Assembly (NCBI GenBank): GCA_964247055.1
Contig: OZ176058.1
Span: 4,898,001-4,962,000 of the forward strand
Origin: Paragordius varius
Taxonomy: Eukaryota > Animalia > Nematomorpha
DNA: 64,000 nt
Reading direction: 5' to 3'
The position numbers were made by a program, and so were the translations under genes. The first letter of the stretch is position 1, and the number at the start of each line of letters is the position of its first letter. Positions 14,801 through 28,843 of the stretch are shown here, piece by piece. The notes under the pieces are model-generated. The model did no database searches. It saw only the letters and a list, made by a program, of their open reading frames with translations, and was not told where the DNA came from.

Positions 14801-17800
14801 TGAAAGAAAACACATAATATATTGTTCGAAGGTGAATTTGGATTGTTTGAGCGTGGAAATTGTAAATGGTATATCTTAATATATTCAAAATATTACTTAA
14901 TGTTAAATAAAAATTAGTTATGTAAATTGTATCCACTCAATTATATATCATTTTAAAATGAAAATTCAATTAGATTATATGGGAAAATTTTCAAAGTTTG
15001 TAAAAGTATGGGGCTTGGTTGTCTTTTGAAGAAAAAATTATTTGTGTCTTTATATTTTTACGTTTTATATTTTATGTTAATACAATTTTTACTGTAATAT
15101 TTTCATGATTAACATTTGCTTTTGTTTTGGCTGTGGTTGGTTTATAATCCATGGTAGGGGTCGTATTGTATTGTTCATACAGTGTTTTAAATCTTTCAAT
15201 TTCTAAGTAAAATAAATTACAGTAAAATTATTTAACATTAAACTACAAATGGTTTTAAAACGCCACACAATTATTTTAAATTTTTTTAGACCATTTGCAT
15301 TTAAAGTTCTTAAACACTTCAAATTTGTCTTTAAACATTTCAGTTGAATATATTTATTAAATACATTATGAGTAAGTAAATATACAGTGCTAGAAAGTTA
15401 TTAATTATTGCCCCAAATAGTAAATACAACAAAGGGGCACTATTATTGGCTAATAATATTAAAAAGTGAAAAAAATAACTATAAGCCCCCTTTTTTGTAT
15501 TTACTATTTGGCAATATCTAATAACTTTCTAGCAATGTATATATATACTTACTCATACTGTATATTATATTTTAAAGGCAAAAAATGTAAAAATTAATAT
15601 ATATTTCTTCTAATAGTGTAATAGACTTTATATTGAAGTTTTTTTAAGTAAAAAATTACAGTTCTAATTATTGAATAAATAATGATTAAAATTACAAATA
15701 TTTCTAAGAAACTATGCATTTTTTTGGTTAAAAAATTTAAATAAATAAATTGTAAGTTAAAATTCCAAAAATCAAATAAAATACTTTCGCCTTTAAGAAA
15801 CCATAATTTTCAATATTTAAAACATAGAGATACTAAAAATGAAATGATAAAGACAAATGAAAAAAGGACAACAATTTTTTTTCCTTGAAGCGTTTTTTCA
15901 AAAGAATTTGTTTTAAAAAAAAATTTAGTTACTTATTCACTTTAATATTTCATAATTTTAATTTTAATCAATAAACTTGAAGGCACAGGCTATAAGATAA
16001 TTGGATTGACTTCGTCGAAAAGACAGGTCAAATCACACAATTGTTTAGTTGAAAAAGTTGTTTTATTACGTTTAAGTTGCATTTCTTGGAGCATTTTTCA
16101 AAAAAAATTGTTTTAAACCTCAAAAAATTAGTTATTTTAGAAACATTTTAAAAATTAATTTGAAAAAATTCTAAAATTTAAAGCAAAACCTTTAAGATAA
16201 ATGGGTTGACTTCGTCGAAAATACAAGGTAAGGTCACACAATTGTTTAGCTAGGAAAGCTGTTATATTACGTTAAAATGCATTTCTTGAGGCGTTTTTTC
16301 AACAGAATTTGTTTTAAAACTCAAAAAAAATTATTCTTTTAATGTTTCTAAATTTAAATTTCCAAACAGAAAACTTAAAAGCAAAACCTCTAAGATAAGT
16401 TAAACGAGAAAATTTAAGTGGATGGACTACGGCAAAAAGTCAGAATTAAGTCACACAATTGTTTGCATTTCTTGAAACTATTTTAGTTAAAATCAAAAAA
16501 ATTATTCTTTTAATGTTTCTAAATTTAAATTTTCAATTTCCAGAAAACTTTAAAGCAAAACCTTTAAGATAAGTGGATTGACTTCGTTGAAAAGATAAGG
16601 TTAAGTCACACAATTGTTTGACTAAAAAATGTTTTTTCTGCGTTTAAGTTGCATTTCTTAAGCGTTTTTTAACAGAATTTGTTTTAAAACTCAAAGAGTT
16701 GTAAAAAGATCCTGAATTTAATAAAGTTTTATTCACTTTGAAACATTTTCAAATTTTCAAAACCTTTAAGATAAGTGGATTGACTTTGTCGAAAAAACAA
16801 GGTTACATCACACAATTGTTTAGCTAGGAAAGTTGTTATATTGCGTTTGAGTTGCATTTCTTGAAGCGTTTTTTAACAGAATTTGTTGTAAAACTCAAAA
16901 AATTCAAAATTTCAATGCAAAACCTTAAAGGTAAGTGGATTGACGACGAAAAGACAAGGTTAAGTCACACAATTTTTTAACTGAAAAAGTTGATTTTGCG
17001 TTTAATTTTTACTTTTTTATACAGATTTTAATACTCAAAATATGAATCTTTTTCGCAATTTAATTTTTCAAAAACTCAAAAAATTCGAATTTCAAGGCAT
17101 TACCTTTAAGATAAGTGGATTGACTACGGCGAAAAGACAAGGTTAGGTCACACAATTGTTTAGCTAGAAACGTTGTAATATTGCGTTTAAGTTGAATTTC
17201 TTTAGGACTGTTTTTTTCTTCTGTATTCGTGTTATGTTTTTGATTATTTATGCGTTTGACTAGTGATTGACAATGTTGTAACATCTATACATATATTTAT
17301 ACCATTTATAATTCAAAACCCTTAAACAATGTAAATTCACCTTTGAAAATACTTTTAAAAACGTTTTTACCTGTAATTTTCAATAATTTACCTGAGTAAT
17401 TTGTTCACTCTTCTTTAGAATATCAAAATTATTGGGCACATTTGTTAATAAATCAAAAGGAATTATATGAAAAAAATTCAAAAAAGTTGTCTTAAGAGCT
17501 ATTTGATTATCTTTTTTATATATTTTTAACACATTAACATTTTTATTTTTAATTAACTTTGTAGTTTTTGAAAAAAACAATATATTTGACAATTTTCCCA
17601 AACAAAAAATTTCCGTTTTTTTATATATTTTTCAAATTTTTTCATAATACTTTTTAAAACCTTTTTATAATATCCTAAATTGAGTAATTTTATAAAAAAA
17701 AACTTTTTTTAGATATAAAGATGACCCATACAATATGCGTAACAATTCTCACAAAAATCTTAATAAATAGTCATTTTTTTATATTTTTTGATAATACTTA

Positions 17801-20776
17801 AACATTTTACCAATAAAATCTCAAATCGTGTAGTTTTTTAAAAAAAGTTTTTTCAAACATAACAACTCATACAAAATATGTTACATTTCTGACAAAAAAA
17901 CAATAAATATCCATTTTTTTTATATTTGTTCAAATTTTTGATTTTTTAAACATATTTACCATATCCTTAATGTTTAATTGTGTAGTTTTTTAAAAAATAA
18001 TTTTTTAAATATAAAGAAACCCATACAATATATATATCAATTCTGACAAAAAATTTAATATCATTTTTTTAGATTTTTCCAAATTTTTTGATTTTAAAAC
18101 AAATTTTTTGATTTTAGATTTTTACCTGTAATTTTCAATTTACCTGAGTAATTTGTTCACTCTTCTTTTGAATGTCGAAATTATTATTATTGGTGACATT
18201 TACCTGATTATTATTATTGTTGTAAGTGGAATCATCTAATGTTGGCATACTAACTTTTTTAATATGCAGACCATCTAATTCAATAATTTTTTGACCAATT
18301 TTTTCAATTCCATAGTTTACCTGAAATAGAAAATATTTAAATTTTATTTAAATAGATATATTAATATGATATAAAAAGAAAAAAATTAAAAATTCTAAAA
18401 AGACAATTCAAAGTTTAATTAGCTTTGAGATCGGTTTCGAAAAAAAACACGTCTTTTTAAGGGCAATTTTTTGTGTAAATAGTTTATCCATGTAAAAAAT
18501 GTTAAAACTATGAATATAATATACCATTTATATTTCAAATTTATCTCCTTAAACGATTCAAATTCACCCTTAAACAATTCAAATTCACCCTTGAACAATT
18601 CAAATTCACCCTTAAACAATTTAAATATTCACCCTTGAACAATTCAAATTTACCCTTGAACAATTCAAATTTATGAACAATTTAAATTCACCCTTAAACA
18701 GTTCAAATTCACCCTTAAAAAATTCAAATTCACCCTTGAACAATTCAAATTCACCCTAAAAAATTACGTGTGTTTTAGGATTAAAAATTAGCTATATTTT
18801 TTTATATTTTAAAAAAACAAATTTCGTTTCAAATTAAAATACTGAAAAATTAATAAACTATGCTATAAAAATATATTTAATTTTAAGATGAGTTATATTA
18901 GACCGAAATTTAATAATTTATTTTTAGGGTAAATTTGAAGTATAAGGTATATCAACATACTAAGGGTAAATCTCTATAATTTATTTTACGAGTTAACATA
19001 ATAAATGATTTACATACAAAATAAAAGAAATTAGGCCTTTTCATTGCAAAAAACATATAACATTTACTAAAATAGTAAAGACTAAATGCGATTAACTTAA
19101 TAATAATTAAATTTATTAATTTTCGAGTGATATAATTCACTCTTTTTCAAATCAAATAAAAATTTTATAAAATGGCCAATGCTTATTATATAGGTGCGGT
19201 GAAAGGTAATTGATGAAAAAAACCAAAATAAATTTATCATGAACACAGACAGACCAATATATCAATAAAATGGACGACTTATTGTTAAAACTGATGAAAA
19301 GACCCAACAAATAGAATAACAACACTTATTAAAAAGGCCATAAAAAATTCCTCTTTTACCCCGCCCCCACCCCCCCGGGTCTATGGACTACCCAAGGTAT
19401 ACATAAAAATCTGTGATACCCTTACGACCTATAGTAAGCAACATCAATTCTCCAACAGATAAACTTTCCAAACAACTTTGCCTAAAACAGAATCATACGT
19501 TAAAAATAGTGTTGATTTAATCACTTTTCCCAAGAATACCCAGATTCCAAGTATCAAAACTTTTAAATGATTTAACAGGGCTTACATCCGGATATCACCG
19601 AAAACTAACCTGCATCTGTCTTTATAATACCTTTTTTATGTCTTTCTTTAACAACCAATTTTACCTACAAAACAACGGCACTCCTATGGGCTCAAACATT
19701 TCTCCAATCCTCGCAGATACATTTACATGGAAAGTTTTGAAGAAAAACTTGTATATAAGAAGTCCGAATTCCTCCCTTACGTGGATTATGTCTTTGTCAC
19801 ATGTGGCCACACACACACACACATGGAGAAGAAAGGTTATGCAATTTTTACATTTTTACGATCATATAAATAGTTTAGTTTATATAAAAACATTATATTT
19901 ACAATGGAATATAATAGCTATTTAAAAAGTTTCCTAGATGATACCATGCTGACAAAATGTAACCACAAAAATTGGAATTTTTTTTTGTAATAAATTTAAT
20001 ATTCGTACAGTATACAAACCACCAATGTCTAAATTAATCAATGTAAAAAGATCCAATCTCACGTGACCGATTACCAGGAATATATCAAGCCACGTGTTCC
20101 TGTGAAATTTATATTGGAGAAACTGGAAAAGCATTAGCACAAGAAGACTGTAAAATACAGTAAAAATGGAAATTATACGGACAAAAAATTATAAAGACAA
20201 ATATTTTTTTTCAAAAAAAGGACAACCCCATACTTTTTAAAACCACCTTAATTTTTGATATACCCTTAAACAATTTAAATCACCCTTAAACAATTCTAAT
20301 TCACCCTTAAACAATTCAAATTCACCCTAAAATAAATAAATTATGTGTTTTTTAAGTAAAAAATTACGTATATTTTTATATATTTTTAAAAAATTGAAAT
20401 TACGTTAAAATTTATATAATACTGAAAAAATAATAAATTATGCCATAAGAATATATTTTTTATAAGTGATGAGTTAATTAGCTGTCCAAAAACACATAAT
20501 TTATTTTTAGGGTAAATTTGATTCAAGAGTGAATTTGAATTGTTCAAGAGTGAATTTGAATTGTTCAAGGGTAAATTTGAATTGTTCAAGGGTGAAAATG
20601 AATTGTTCAAGAGTGAATCGAATTGAGGGTGAATTCGAATTATCGCAGGGTGATATAAAATAGTTCAAGGGTGAAAATGAATTGTTCGAAGGGTTGAGGT
20701 ATAAATCTTATATATATAAATAAATAATAAATCTTTCAAAAAAACACAAGTTAATTCTTTTTAAGGCAAAAAAATA

Positions 20777-20817
<41 letters not shown>

Positions 20818-23686
20818 GTTTTAATTTTTAACCCCCCAAAATTTTTTGTAAAATTGTAATATAAACTGCAAACAAGCAAACCTCATTAACAATTTCAAGC
20901 CATCTAGGTTCCTTTTGATTTTCTATTAAAGAATTTCCATTTTGTTGATTGCCAGGATTTTTCTTTACCAGCCCATTTTGATGAGATTCATAAGTAGTTG
21001 AAAAATTCTTAATATTAAAATTGAAATTATTTTTTATATTTTAAGATACTATAATAGAGATGTAAATTGTGTTAATATGTTCAAATATATTTAAATTGAA
21101 TAAAAAATTGAAATTTTACTGATTAAACACTTAAAAATAAAATGAAATAGTTTTTTAAAGATACTATATAGTTTTTTTAAATAGAGATGTAAATTGTGTT
21201 AATATGTTCAAATATATTTATATTATATTAAATTGAAATTATATGGATAAAACACGTGAAAATAAAATGAAATAGTTTTGTTATATAAAAAAAATAACCA
21301 TACTTAGGAATTTTTTACAAAATATAGTTGTAAATTGAAACATATATTTAAATTGAATATATTAAAATCGAAATTATAAGGACAAAACGTAATAATAAAA
21401 AGACAAATTATTTTTTATATAAAAAAATAACCATACATACTTAATAAATTTTTTAAAAATAGATATGTAAATTGTGTTAATATATTTAAACATATATATA
21501 TACATTACAGTAAAAAAATATAACGACAAATTATTTTTTTTATTAAAAGAAACCACCATACTTTTCAAAGCTTAATTTTTTCTCTATAAGCTATTTAATT
21601 ACGAATGTTAGATATAGAAATGATTGTGTTAGTTATATATATCTCTATTTCACACTTTGCCATATATAACAATAAGTAATATTGATATAAATCTATATTT
21701 AAAAAGTATGGTTGTCTTTTAGAAAAAAAATATTTGTCTTTATATTTTTACGTTTTATCCGTATAATTTTGACTTTTACTTTAAATTTTGTTCAAATAAA
21801 CAATGAATGTAAGTTTTGTTTGAAAAAAGGGTAGGGGGCTGGTTATCTTTAAGTTAAAAGAAAATATTTGTCTTCATATATTAAAAATTGAAATTATACG
21901 GACAAAATGTATAAATATAAAAACAAATATTTTTTTCAAAAACAACCCCATACTTTTCAAACCTTAATTTTCCCTTTATAAGCTATTTCAGACTTTTCAA
22001 TATAAAATAATAAGTTATAATGAAAAATTAAGATCTAAAAAATATGGTTATCTTTAAGTTAAAAGAAAATATTTGTCATAATATTTTTGCGTTTTGTCCG
22101 TATTAATTAAATTTTTGTAAAATTTAACTCAAATAAAGTATGTATGTAAGTTATAATCAAAAAAAATCTAGATGTAAAAAATATTGTTGTCTTTTAGAAA
22201 AAAATATTTAACCTTATATTTTTACGTTTTGTCTGTATAATTTTGACTTTTAATGTAAAATTTGGCTTAAATAATGTATATATGTAAGTTTTGTTTCAAA
22301 AAACCTCAAAATTTAATGGTTAACTTAAAATTAGTTTAAAGAAAATATTTGTCTTTATATTTTTCCGTTTTGTCCGTATACATTAAATTTTTACTGTAAA
22401 ATTTTGCTCAAATAAACTATGTATGTAAGTTTTTTTAAAAAACTCAAGATTTAAAAAATATAATTATCTTTAATTAAAAGAAATTATTTGTCTTTATATT
22501 TTTATGTTTTGTCCGTATAAATTAAATTTTTGTAAAATTTTTGGCTTAAATAAACTATGTATGTAAGTTTTGTTTCAAAAAACCTCAAAATTTAATGGTT
22601 AACTTAAAGTAAGTTAAAAGAAAATATGATTGTCTTTATATTTTACGTTTTGTCCGTATAAATTAAATTTTGTAAAATTTTTGGCTTAAATAAACTATGT
22701 ATGTAAGTTTTGTTTCAAAAAACCTCAAGATTTAAAAAATATGGTTAATTTTAAGTAAGTTTAAAGAAAATATTTGTCTTTATATTTTCAATCTTTTTAT
22801 TTTTTTATTTTAAATTTTTACTGTAAGTTTTTCATTTCTTTTTAGGCGATTTTTGGTTGTTTGATTGAAAGGTAAAAGGCCCATTTCTATATCTTGGTTT
22901 GAAATTAAAGCACATTTTTCATCCACATCATACTAAAATGAATAAAAAATAAAAGTTAAAAAAATTATAAAATAAAGCTTTAAAATTTTATAGTAAAAAA
23001 TGATTTTTTTTAATTAGTATAAAATGATACTATATATTTTTTCGTTATAAAAATATTCTAAAATTAATTAAAATAATGTAAAAAAAATGTTTTAACCGTA
23101 TTAAACTAATCTTTTTTGTTATAAAAAAATTAAAATTCAAAAGAAAATAAAAAACTAAAATTTAACTAATACAGAAGACGAATATTTAAATCAAGAGTTT
23201 ATAAAAGTTAAGGTTTAATGTAAAAACTTCTTAAAATGTAATCGTCTGAAATAATAATTTAAAAATTTACTTATCGTTTGTGCGTTATTTTTAACATTTT
23301 AGGTTTTGTCTTTATAAATAAATTTACTGAATATTTCAATGAGAAAATTAAAAAGGATGGGCATAGTTTTGATTATAAAAAAAATAATATATTTTTTCTA
23401 AATTATTTAATGAGAGTAATTTTATAGAGACAAATTTTACAAATAACAAATCATAACTTTTTTATGCTTATTGAGTATTCATCCTTTAGAAACTTAACAA
23501 TTTAAATAGTGTAATTATTTACAATATAATAATTAATATAAAAGTTGCTTAAAAAAATAGTTTTATTAAATATATATTTACTCAAATAGGTAAGCTTACT
23601 GCGTCGTAAGATGATGGAAAAAACTTGGATTGGTGGGAATTGTTGCGCAACAAAATGAAAATATCAAATAACCCGCGTGTAGCCAT
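11870..23686 (-). CDS. STX16: Syntaxin-16 (Qa-SNARE, Tlg2 family), left-arm copy, 9 exons, ~434 aa
   Basis: Exons 23686-23600, 22932-22822, 21007-20882, 18320-18144, 17284-17104, 15202-15093, 14182-14012, 12992-12840 and 12058-11870 total 1305 nt, are in frame and use GT-AG. Motifs: MATRGLFDIFILLRNN N-peptide, PRWLEIVNE, MPTLDD, FRRSQSTYLK, SNARE segment EINSLVQSIQDLN..FQDIGTLVHDQGTTLDRIDYSIE, and a C-terminal TM anchor. Confidence 0.92.
14298..14869. mobile_element. TIR element family D with expanded subterminal 21-bp minisatellite
   Basis: TA|CCATTTGCA ... TGTAAATGG|TA with tandem AACAATTCAAATTCACCCTTG-like units. Mirrored at 40424-40927. Confidence 0.7.
15880..17103 (-). repeat. STX16 exon-5 3'-end plus donor echo array, left arm (~6 units)
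   Basis: The motif 'ctttaagataagtggattgact...gtcacacaattgtttagc' recurs near 16005, 16200, 16415, 16570, 16775 and 16935. Confidence 0.88.
18520..18950. mobile_element. Family D element with 21-bp minisatellite; empty-site counterpart of the LINE insertion
   Basis: Tandem TCAAATTCACCCTTRAACAAT units. The reverse complement matches the flanks of the LINE at ~31270 and ~34960-35220. Confidence 0.65.
19180..20150 (+). pseudogene. Degenerate Penelope-like retroelement reverse transcriptase fragment, left arm only
   Basis: Frameshifted motifs YINKMDDLL, YGLPKV, LRPIVSNINSPTDKLSK, SYVKNSVDL and FNNQFYLQNNGTPMGSNISPILAD, typical of PLE RTs. Confidence 0.75.
20260..20700. repeat. Family D element with 21-bp minisatellites in inverted orientation at both ends
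   Basis: AATTCACCCTTAAAC units at 20260-20330 and GGGTGAATTTGAATTG units at 20510-20690. Mirrored at ~29980-30410. Confidence 0.65.
21780..22821 (-). repeat. Tandem ~140-180 bp units built from the MITE-A terminus and STX16 exon-2 donor (left arm)
   Basis: Repeated 'atatttttacgttttgtccgtataaattaaatttttgtaaaattttggcttaaataaactatgtatgtaagtt'. Confidence 0.8.
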
Positions 23687-24669
23687 TTTCTTTTAGATCA
23701 TATTTCTAAGAGTTAATAAAATATTTACCCTTATTTCAAAGCCTACGCAATCGATAAAATGTTTAATGGCATGTGTATATGTGCATGTAAATTAATTTTA
23801 CTGAAATATATTTGACATCTGTACATTTTAAAATCAAGATACCCTAATATAAAAATATTTTTAAATTTTATTAATCTATTGTACAAAAATTTATTACTTT
23901 TTATTTGATATTTAATATTATCATTGAGTGTTCTGTACCAGTATATTTCTAATATAAATTTGTTAAATTAGACCTTAATGAATAATTAAAAAATAAAATA
24001 TTATAATGTTATTTGGTTGTTGTGCAGTTCAAACTTATTGCAAATCAATTTTGAAGTAGTTTTGCATCCAATAGGGATAACATTTAAAATTCATTGGAAC
24101 TTGCGGACATCAAAGTCAGCAATAACTGAAAATTAAAAAAAAGTTAATAATTGATAATGAGTTGAAATTGATACTATATATATATATACAATGTACACAA
24201 AAAATGTCAAAATAAAATTATTTTCATAGAAAAATATATTAGGAATTACATGGATATATTTAGCAGCATTTATATATTCCATGTTCTTAAATATTAGCAT
24301 TTCCATATAATTATCCCATTTGTATCCACCCAACGAATAGGTTAATTAGCTAAAATTTATCAAATTAACTATTTATAGCATTAAGAAAGGTTTGAATTAT
24401 ATAAACCTAAATTTGTTACATAATAGTTTCCTAAATAATTTTATCTATATTTTTAAATCTATCAAGTGTGCCCTACACCACACTTGCAAAATCTTTAAGT
24501 TTTACTTGCATATATGATTTTTTATCACCTCCTTATCAAGTTTTCTTGCTTGACTTAAGTCGTGTAATGTTAATTTTTTTATCACATGAAAGCAAGCCAT
24601 GACTCGAAAAACTTGCAAGTCAAGTCAAAAAAATTTTTTCTCACCCAACCCAAAATTAAAAAATATTAT

Positions 24670-24980
24670 GAAATAAACCGCTTTTTCTGTTTCTATCAAT
24701 GTTAGATGTGATTTAAATAAAAAATTAGCGTTAATTTTACCCTTAAAATTAAACGAAGACGATATTTTGCAAAAATTTTATAAAATAAAAATGACGTCGA
24801 AGTAGTTTGACATGGAATTTTTTTATTTATTGATATTTTGGCATATTTATATAATTTATATTAGGATAGAAGCATAAATTTTAATTGGGATCTTTTCCTT
24901 TAGTAGTTTTTTAAAAATCCTAACTAAAGTTTAGTCAGGGTATTTAGATATCCCAATCGAATCGAAGTGTTGAACAAAAC
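24670..24980 (+). repeat. Family C dispersed repeat in the palindrome spacer
   Basis: Colinear with the reverse complement of 59320-59620 and with the 340-640 region. Confidence 0.6.
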
Positions 24981-25103
24981 AACGCCGGGATTCCGCAATA
25001 GAATTTTTATATGCTAAATTTTGACATCAAATAAATATTTTTTTAATAAATGCATAATTTCAGAAATTCAATTTTAAGCAAAATTTTGTTTTTCCTATTT
25101 TTA

Positions 25104-25341
25104 GGCATGATGGAAACGGCCTTTCAGATATTGTAATATTTTTGCATATAATAATGTTGAACTTCTCTATCGATTTGGAATTTTAATTTAAAGGTTCGTT
25201 ACATTATGGATTTTTATATACAAAAACACAAATATTAATTAATATTCTGAGGTTATTGAAACGCAAAACATCATTGAATTATGTAGAATAAGTGTTTTTT
25301 GTAATAATCTAAAGGCCTTTTTATGCCGTTTCCATCATGCT
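25104..25341. mobile_element. Small TIR element with 3-bp TTA target duplication (PIF/Harbinger-like MITE)
   Basis: TTA|GGCATGATGGAAACGGC ... GCCGTTTCCATCATGCT|TTA. Confidence 0.65.
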
Positions 25342-26238
25342 TTATTATAATATAAAATATGCTCTAAAAAATTTGAAAAATTATATTTTTGTTACTATGC
25401 ATTTATTTAAATTATTGTATGATGGCATCTAGCTTATGGCTAAATTTTTATCGGGCCATCCGGGCATTCTTGTGTTTATTTTTGAAAACTAGCTAGAAAA
25501 ATAAATTAATGCTTTCGAGGCCCACATTTTATATTTGAAATTTTTAAAAATTTTGTTTTTTTTTTAATGTATGATATTGGAATAAAGCATTCTTTCATAA
25601 AAAAATTTTATTACGAAATCTGAAGTTACTTTTTAGTGTGTTATTTTTCTTATATAACTGTAAAGCCCCAAACTAAATGCCATGTGATTCCTAATATATT
25701 TTTCTATAAAAATAATTTTATTATGTGATTTTTTGTATACACTGTATATATAATCAATTTCAACTCATTATCAATAATTAACTTTTGTTTTTAATTTTTA
25801 GTTATTGTTGACTTTGATGTCCGCAAGTTCCAGGGTTTTAAATGTTATCCCTTTTGGATATAAAACTACTTCAAAATTGATTTGCAATAAGTTTGAACTG
25901 CACAACAACCAAATAACAATATAATATTCTATTTTTTATTTATTTATTAAGGTCTAATTTAACAAATTTATATTAGAAATATACTGGTACAGAACACTCA
26001 ATGATAATATTAAATATCAAATAAAAAGTAATAAATTTTTGTATAATAGATTAATAAAATTTAAAAATATTTTTACATTAAAATATCTCAATTTTAAAAT
26101 GCACAGATGTAAAATATATTTCAGTAAAATTAATTTACATGCACGTTTACACATGCCATTAAACACTTTATCGATTGCGTAGGCTTTGAAATAAGGGTAA
26201 AAATTTTATTAACTCTTAGAAATATGATCTAAAAGAAA

Positions 26239-28799
26239 ATGGCTACACGCGGTTTATTTGATATTTTTATTTTGTTGCGCAACAATTCCCTCCAATCCAA
26301 GTTTTTTCCATCATCTTACGACGCAGTAAGTTTACTTATTTGAGTAAATATTTATTTAAAAACTATTCTTTCAGGCAAAATCTTATCTTATTTATTATAT
26401 TGTTAATAATTACACCGTTTAAATTGTTAATATTAATTTTCTTAAAAGGATGAATACTCAATAAGCATAAAAAAGTTATGATTTGTAAAAATTGTGTCTA
26501 TAATTTGTATTCTATAATTTAAAAAAATATTATTTTTTTATTTTAAAATAAAATTTTAATCGATACTATGCCCACCCTCTTAAATTTGCCCTTTGAAATA
26601 TTCAGTAAATTTTGATTTATCAAGACAAAACCTAAAAAGTTAAAAATAACGCAACACCAAACGATACGTCAAATTTTAAAAATTATTTTTTCAGACAATT
26701 ACATTTTACGAAGTTTTTATATTAAAGCTTAAATTATATAAACTCATTGAATAATCCTCTTCTGTATAATTTTAGTTTTTTATTTTCTTTTGAATTTTAA
26801 TTTTTTTATAACAACTAAAAAGATTAGTTTAATACGGTTAAAACATTTTATTTAAATTATTTTAATTAATTTCAGAATTTTTAAACCAAAAAAATATATA
26901 ATATTATTTTATTCTACTGATTAAAAAAAATCATTTTTTACTATAATATTTTAAAGCTTTATTTTATGAATTTTTTATGTATTTATTTATTTGACATATA
27001 GTATGATGTAGATGAAAAATGTGCTTTAATTTCAAACCAAGATATAGAAATGGGCCTTTTACCTTTCAATCAAACAACCAAAAATCGCGTAAAAAGAAAT
27101 GAAAAGCTTACAGTAAAAATTAAAATTTAAACACGTTTAAAAATATAAGGACAAATATTTTCTTTTAACTTACTTAAAGTTTAATCATTAAATTTTGAGG
27201 TTTTTTGAAACAAAACTTAATTCATACTTTATTTAAGCAAAATTTTACAGTAAAAGTCAAAATTATACAGACAAAACGTAAAAATATAAGGTCAAATATT
27301 TTTTTCTAAAAGACAACAATATTTTTTACATCTAGATTTTTTTTGATTATAACTTACATTCATAGTTTATTTGAGCAAAATTTTACAGTAAAAGTTAAAA
27401 TTTAAACACGATTAAAAATATAAAGACAAATCATTTTTTTTAACATACTTAAAGACAACAAACCATACTTTTTAAATCTTGATTTTTTTTGATTAAAACT
27501 TACATTCATAGTTTATTTGAGCATAATTTTACAGTAAAAGTAAAAATTATACGGACAAAACGGAAAAATATAAAGACAAATCGTTTTCTTTTAACTTACT
27601 TAAAGTTAACCATATTTTTTAAATCTTGAGGTTTTTTGAAACAAAACTTACATTCATAGTTTATTTGAGCAAAATTTTACAGAAAAAATTGAAATTTATT
27701 ATGGACAAAAGGTAAAAATATAAGGACAAATATTTTCTTTTAACTTAAAGACAATAAACCATACCTTTTAACTCTTGATTTTTTTTGATTAAAACTTACA
27801 TTCATAGTTTATTTAAGCCAAATTATACAGTAAAAGTCAAAATTATACGGAAGGACAAAAGGTAAAAATATAAAGACAAATATTTTTTAATAACTTATTT
27901 TAAGTTAATCATATTTTGTAAATCTTGTGTTTTTAAAAACTTACATACATAGTTTATTTGAGCAAAATTTTACAGTAAAAGTCAAAATTATACGGACAAA
28001 ACGGAAAAATATAAAGACAAATATTTTCTACTAACTTAAAGATAACCATACTTTTTTAAATCTTGATTTTTTTTGATTAGAACTTATTATATGATATTGA
28101 AAATTTTGAAATACATATACATATTACTAACACAATCAATTTTATATCTAACATTCGTAATTAAATAGCTTATAGAGGAAAATTAAGGTTTAAAAAGTAT
28201 ATTTTTCTTTTCAAAAGTATGGCTGTCTTTATATTTTTACGTTTTGTCCGTATAATTTCAATTTTTACTGTATAAAGACTAATTTTTTCTTTTAACTTAC
28301 TTTAAATTAACCACCTTTTCAAACACTTACATTCATTGTGTTAAGGAAAAATTTAATATACCATTTGCACTTCAAGTTGGTCCTTTGACATTTTGTTTTG
28401 TTTTAAATTTTTATCATTAATTCGTATATCATCTATTGTATTTTATTGTTTTTAACCTAATTTCTATTTAACATACATTTTAACTAATATCAACTTTTAA
28501 ATATTGAAAAACCGTATATATTTATTAATTTCTTAAGATTATTTTGGATATTTATGAGATTTTATCTTGTAATTAAAAATATATAAGTTTTTGGGGTTAT
28601 TATTTACATTTTTTCATTGAAATCATTCTAAAATCATTAACTTTGCAAAATAATTAGTTGGAAACAAAAAAGTGGTTTTTAAATAAAAATTATTTTTAAA
28701 TAAATAAATATATAATAAATAAAGAAAATTATGGTTAAATCAAAATTTAAAAATTTTAAAGACCAACTTGAAGTGTTCAAGGACCTTCTTGAAGTGCAA

Positions 28800-28843
<44 letters not shown>

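Noticed and set aside
18419-18619. Heptad-repeat ORFs (FKGEFEL, NNSNSPL) here and at 20386, 35049 and 40582
   Set aside because: They are translations of the 21-bp minisatellite of family D elements.
26449-26474. Possible STX16 micro-exon GATGAATACTCAATAAGCATAAAAAA conserved in both arms
   Set aside because: It is 26 nt, and inclusion would shift exon 2 into a stop. No compensating exon was found.
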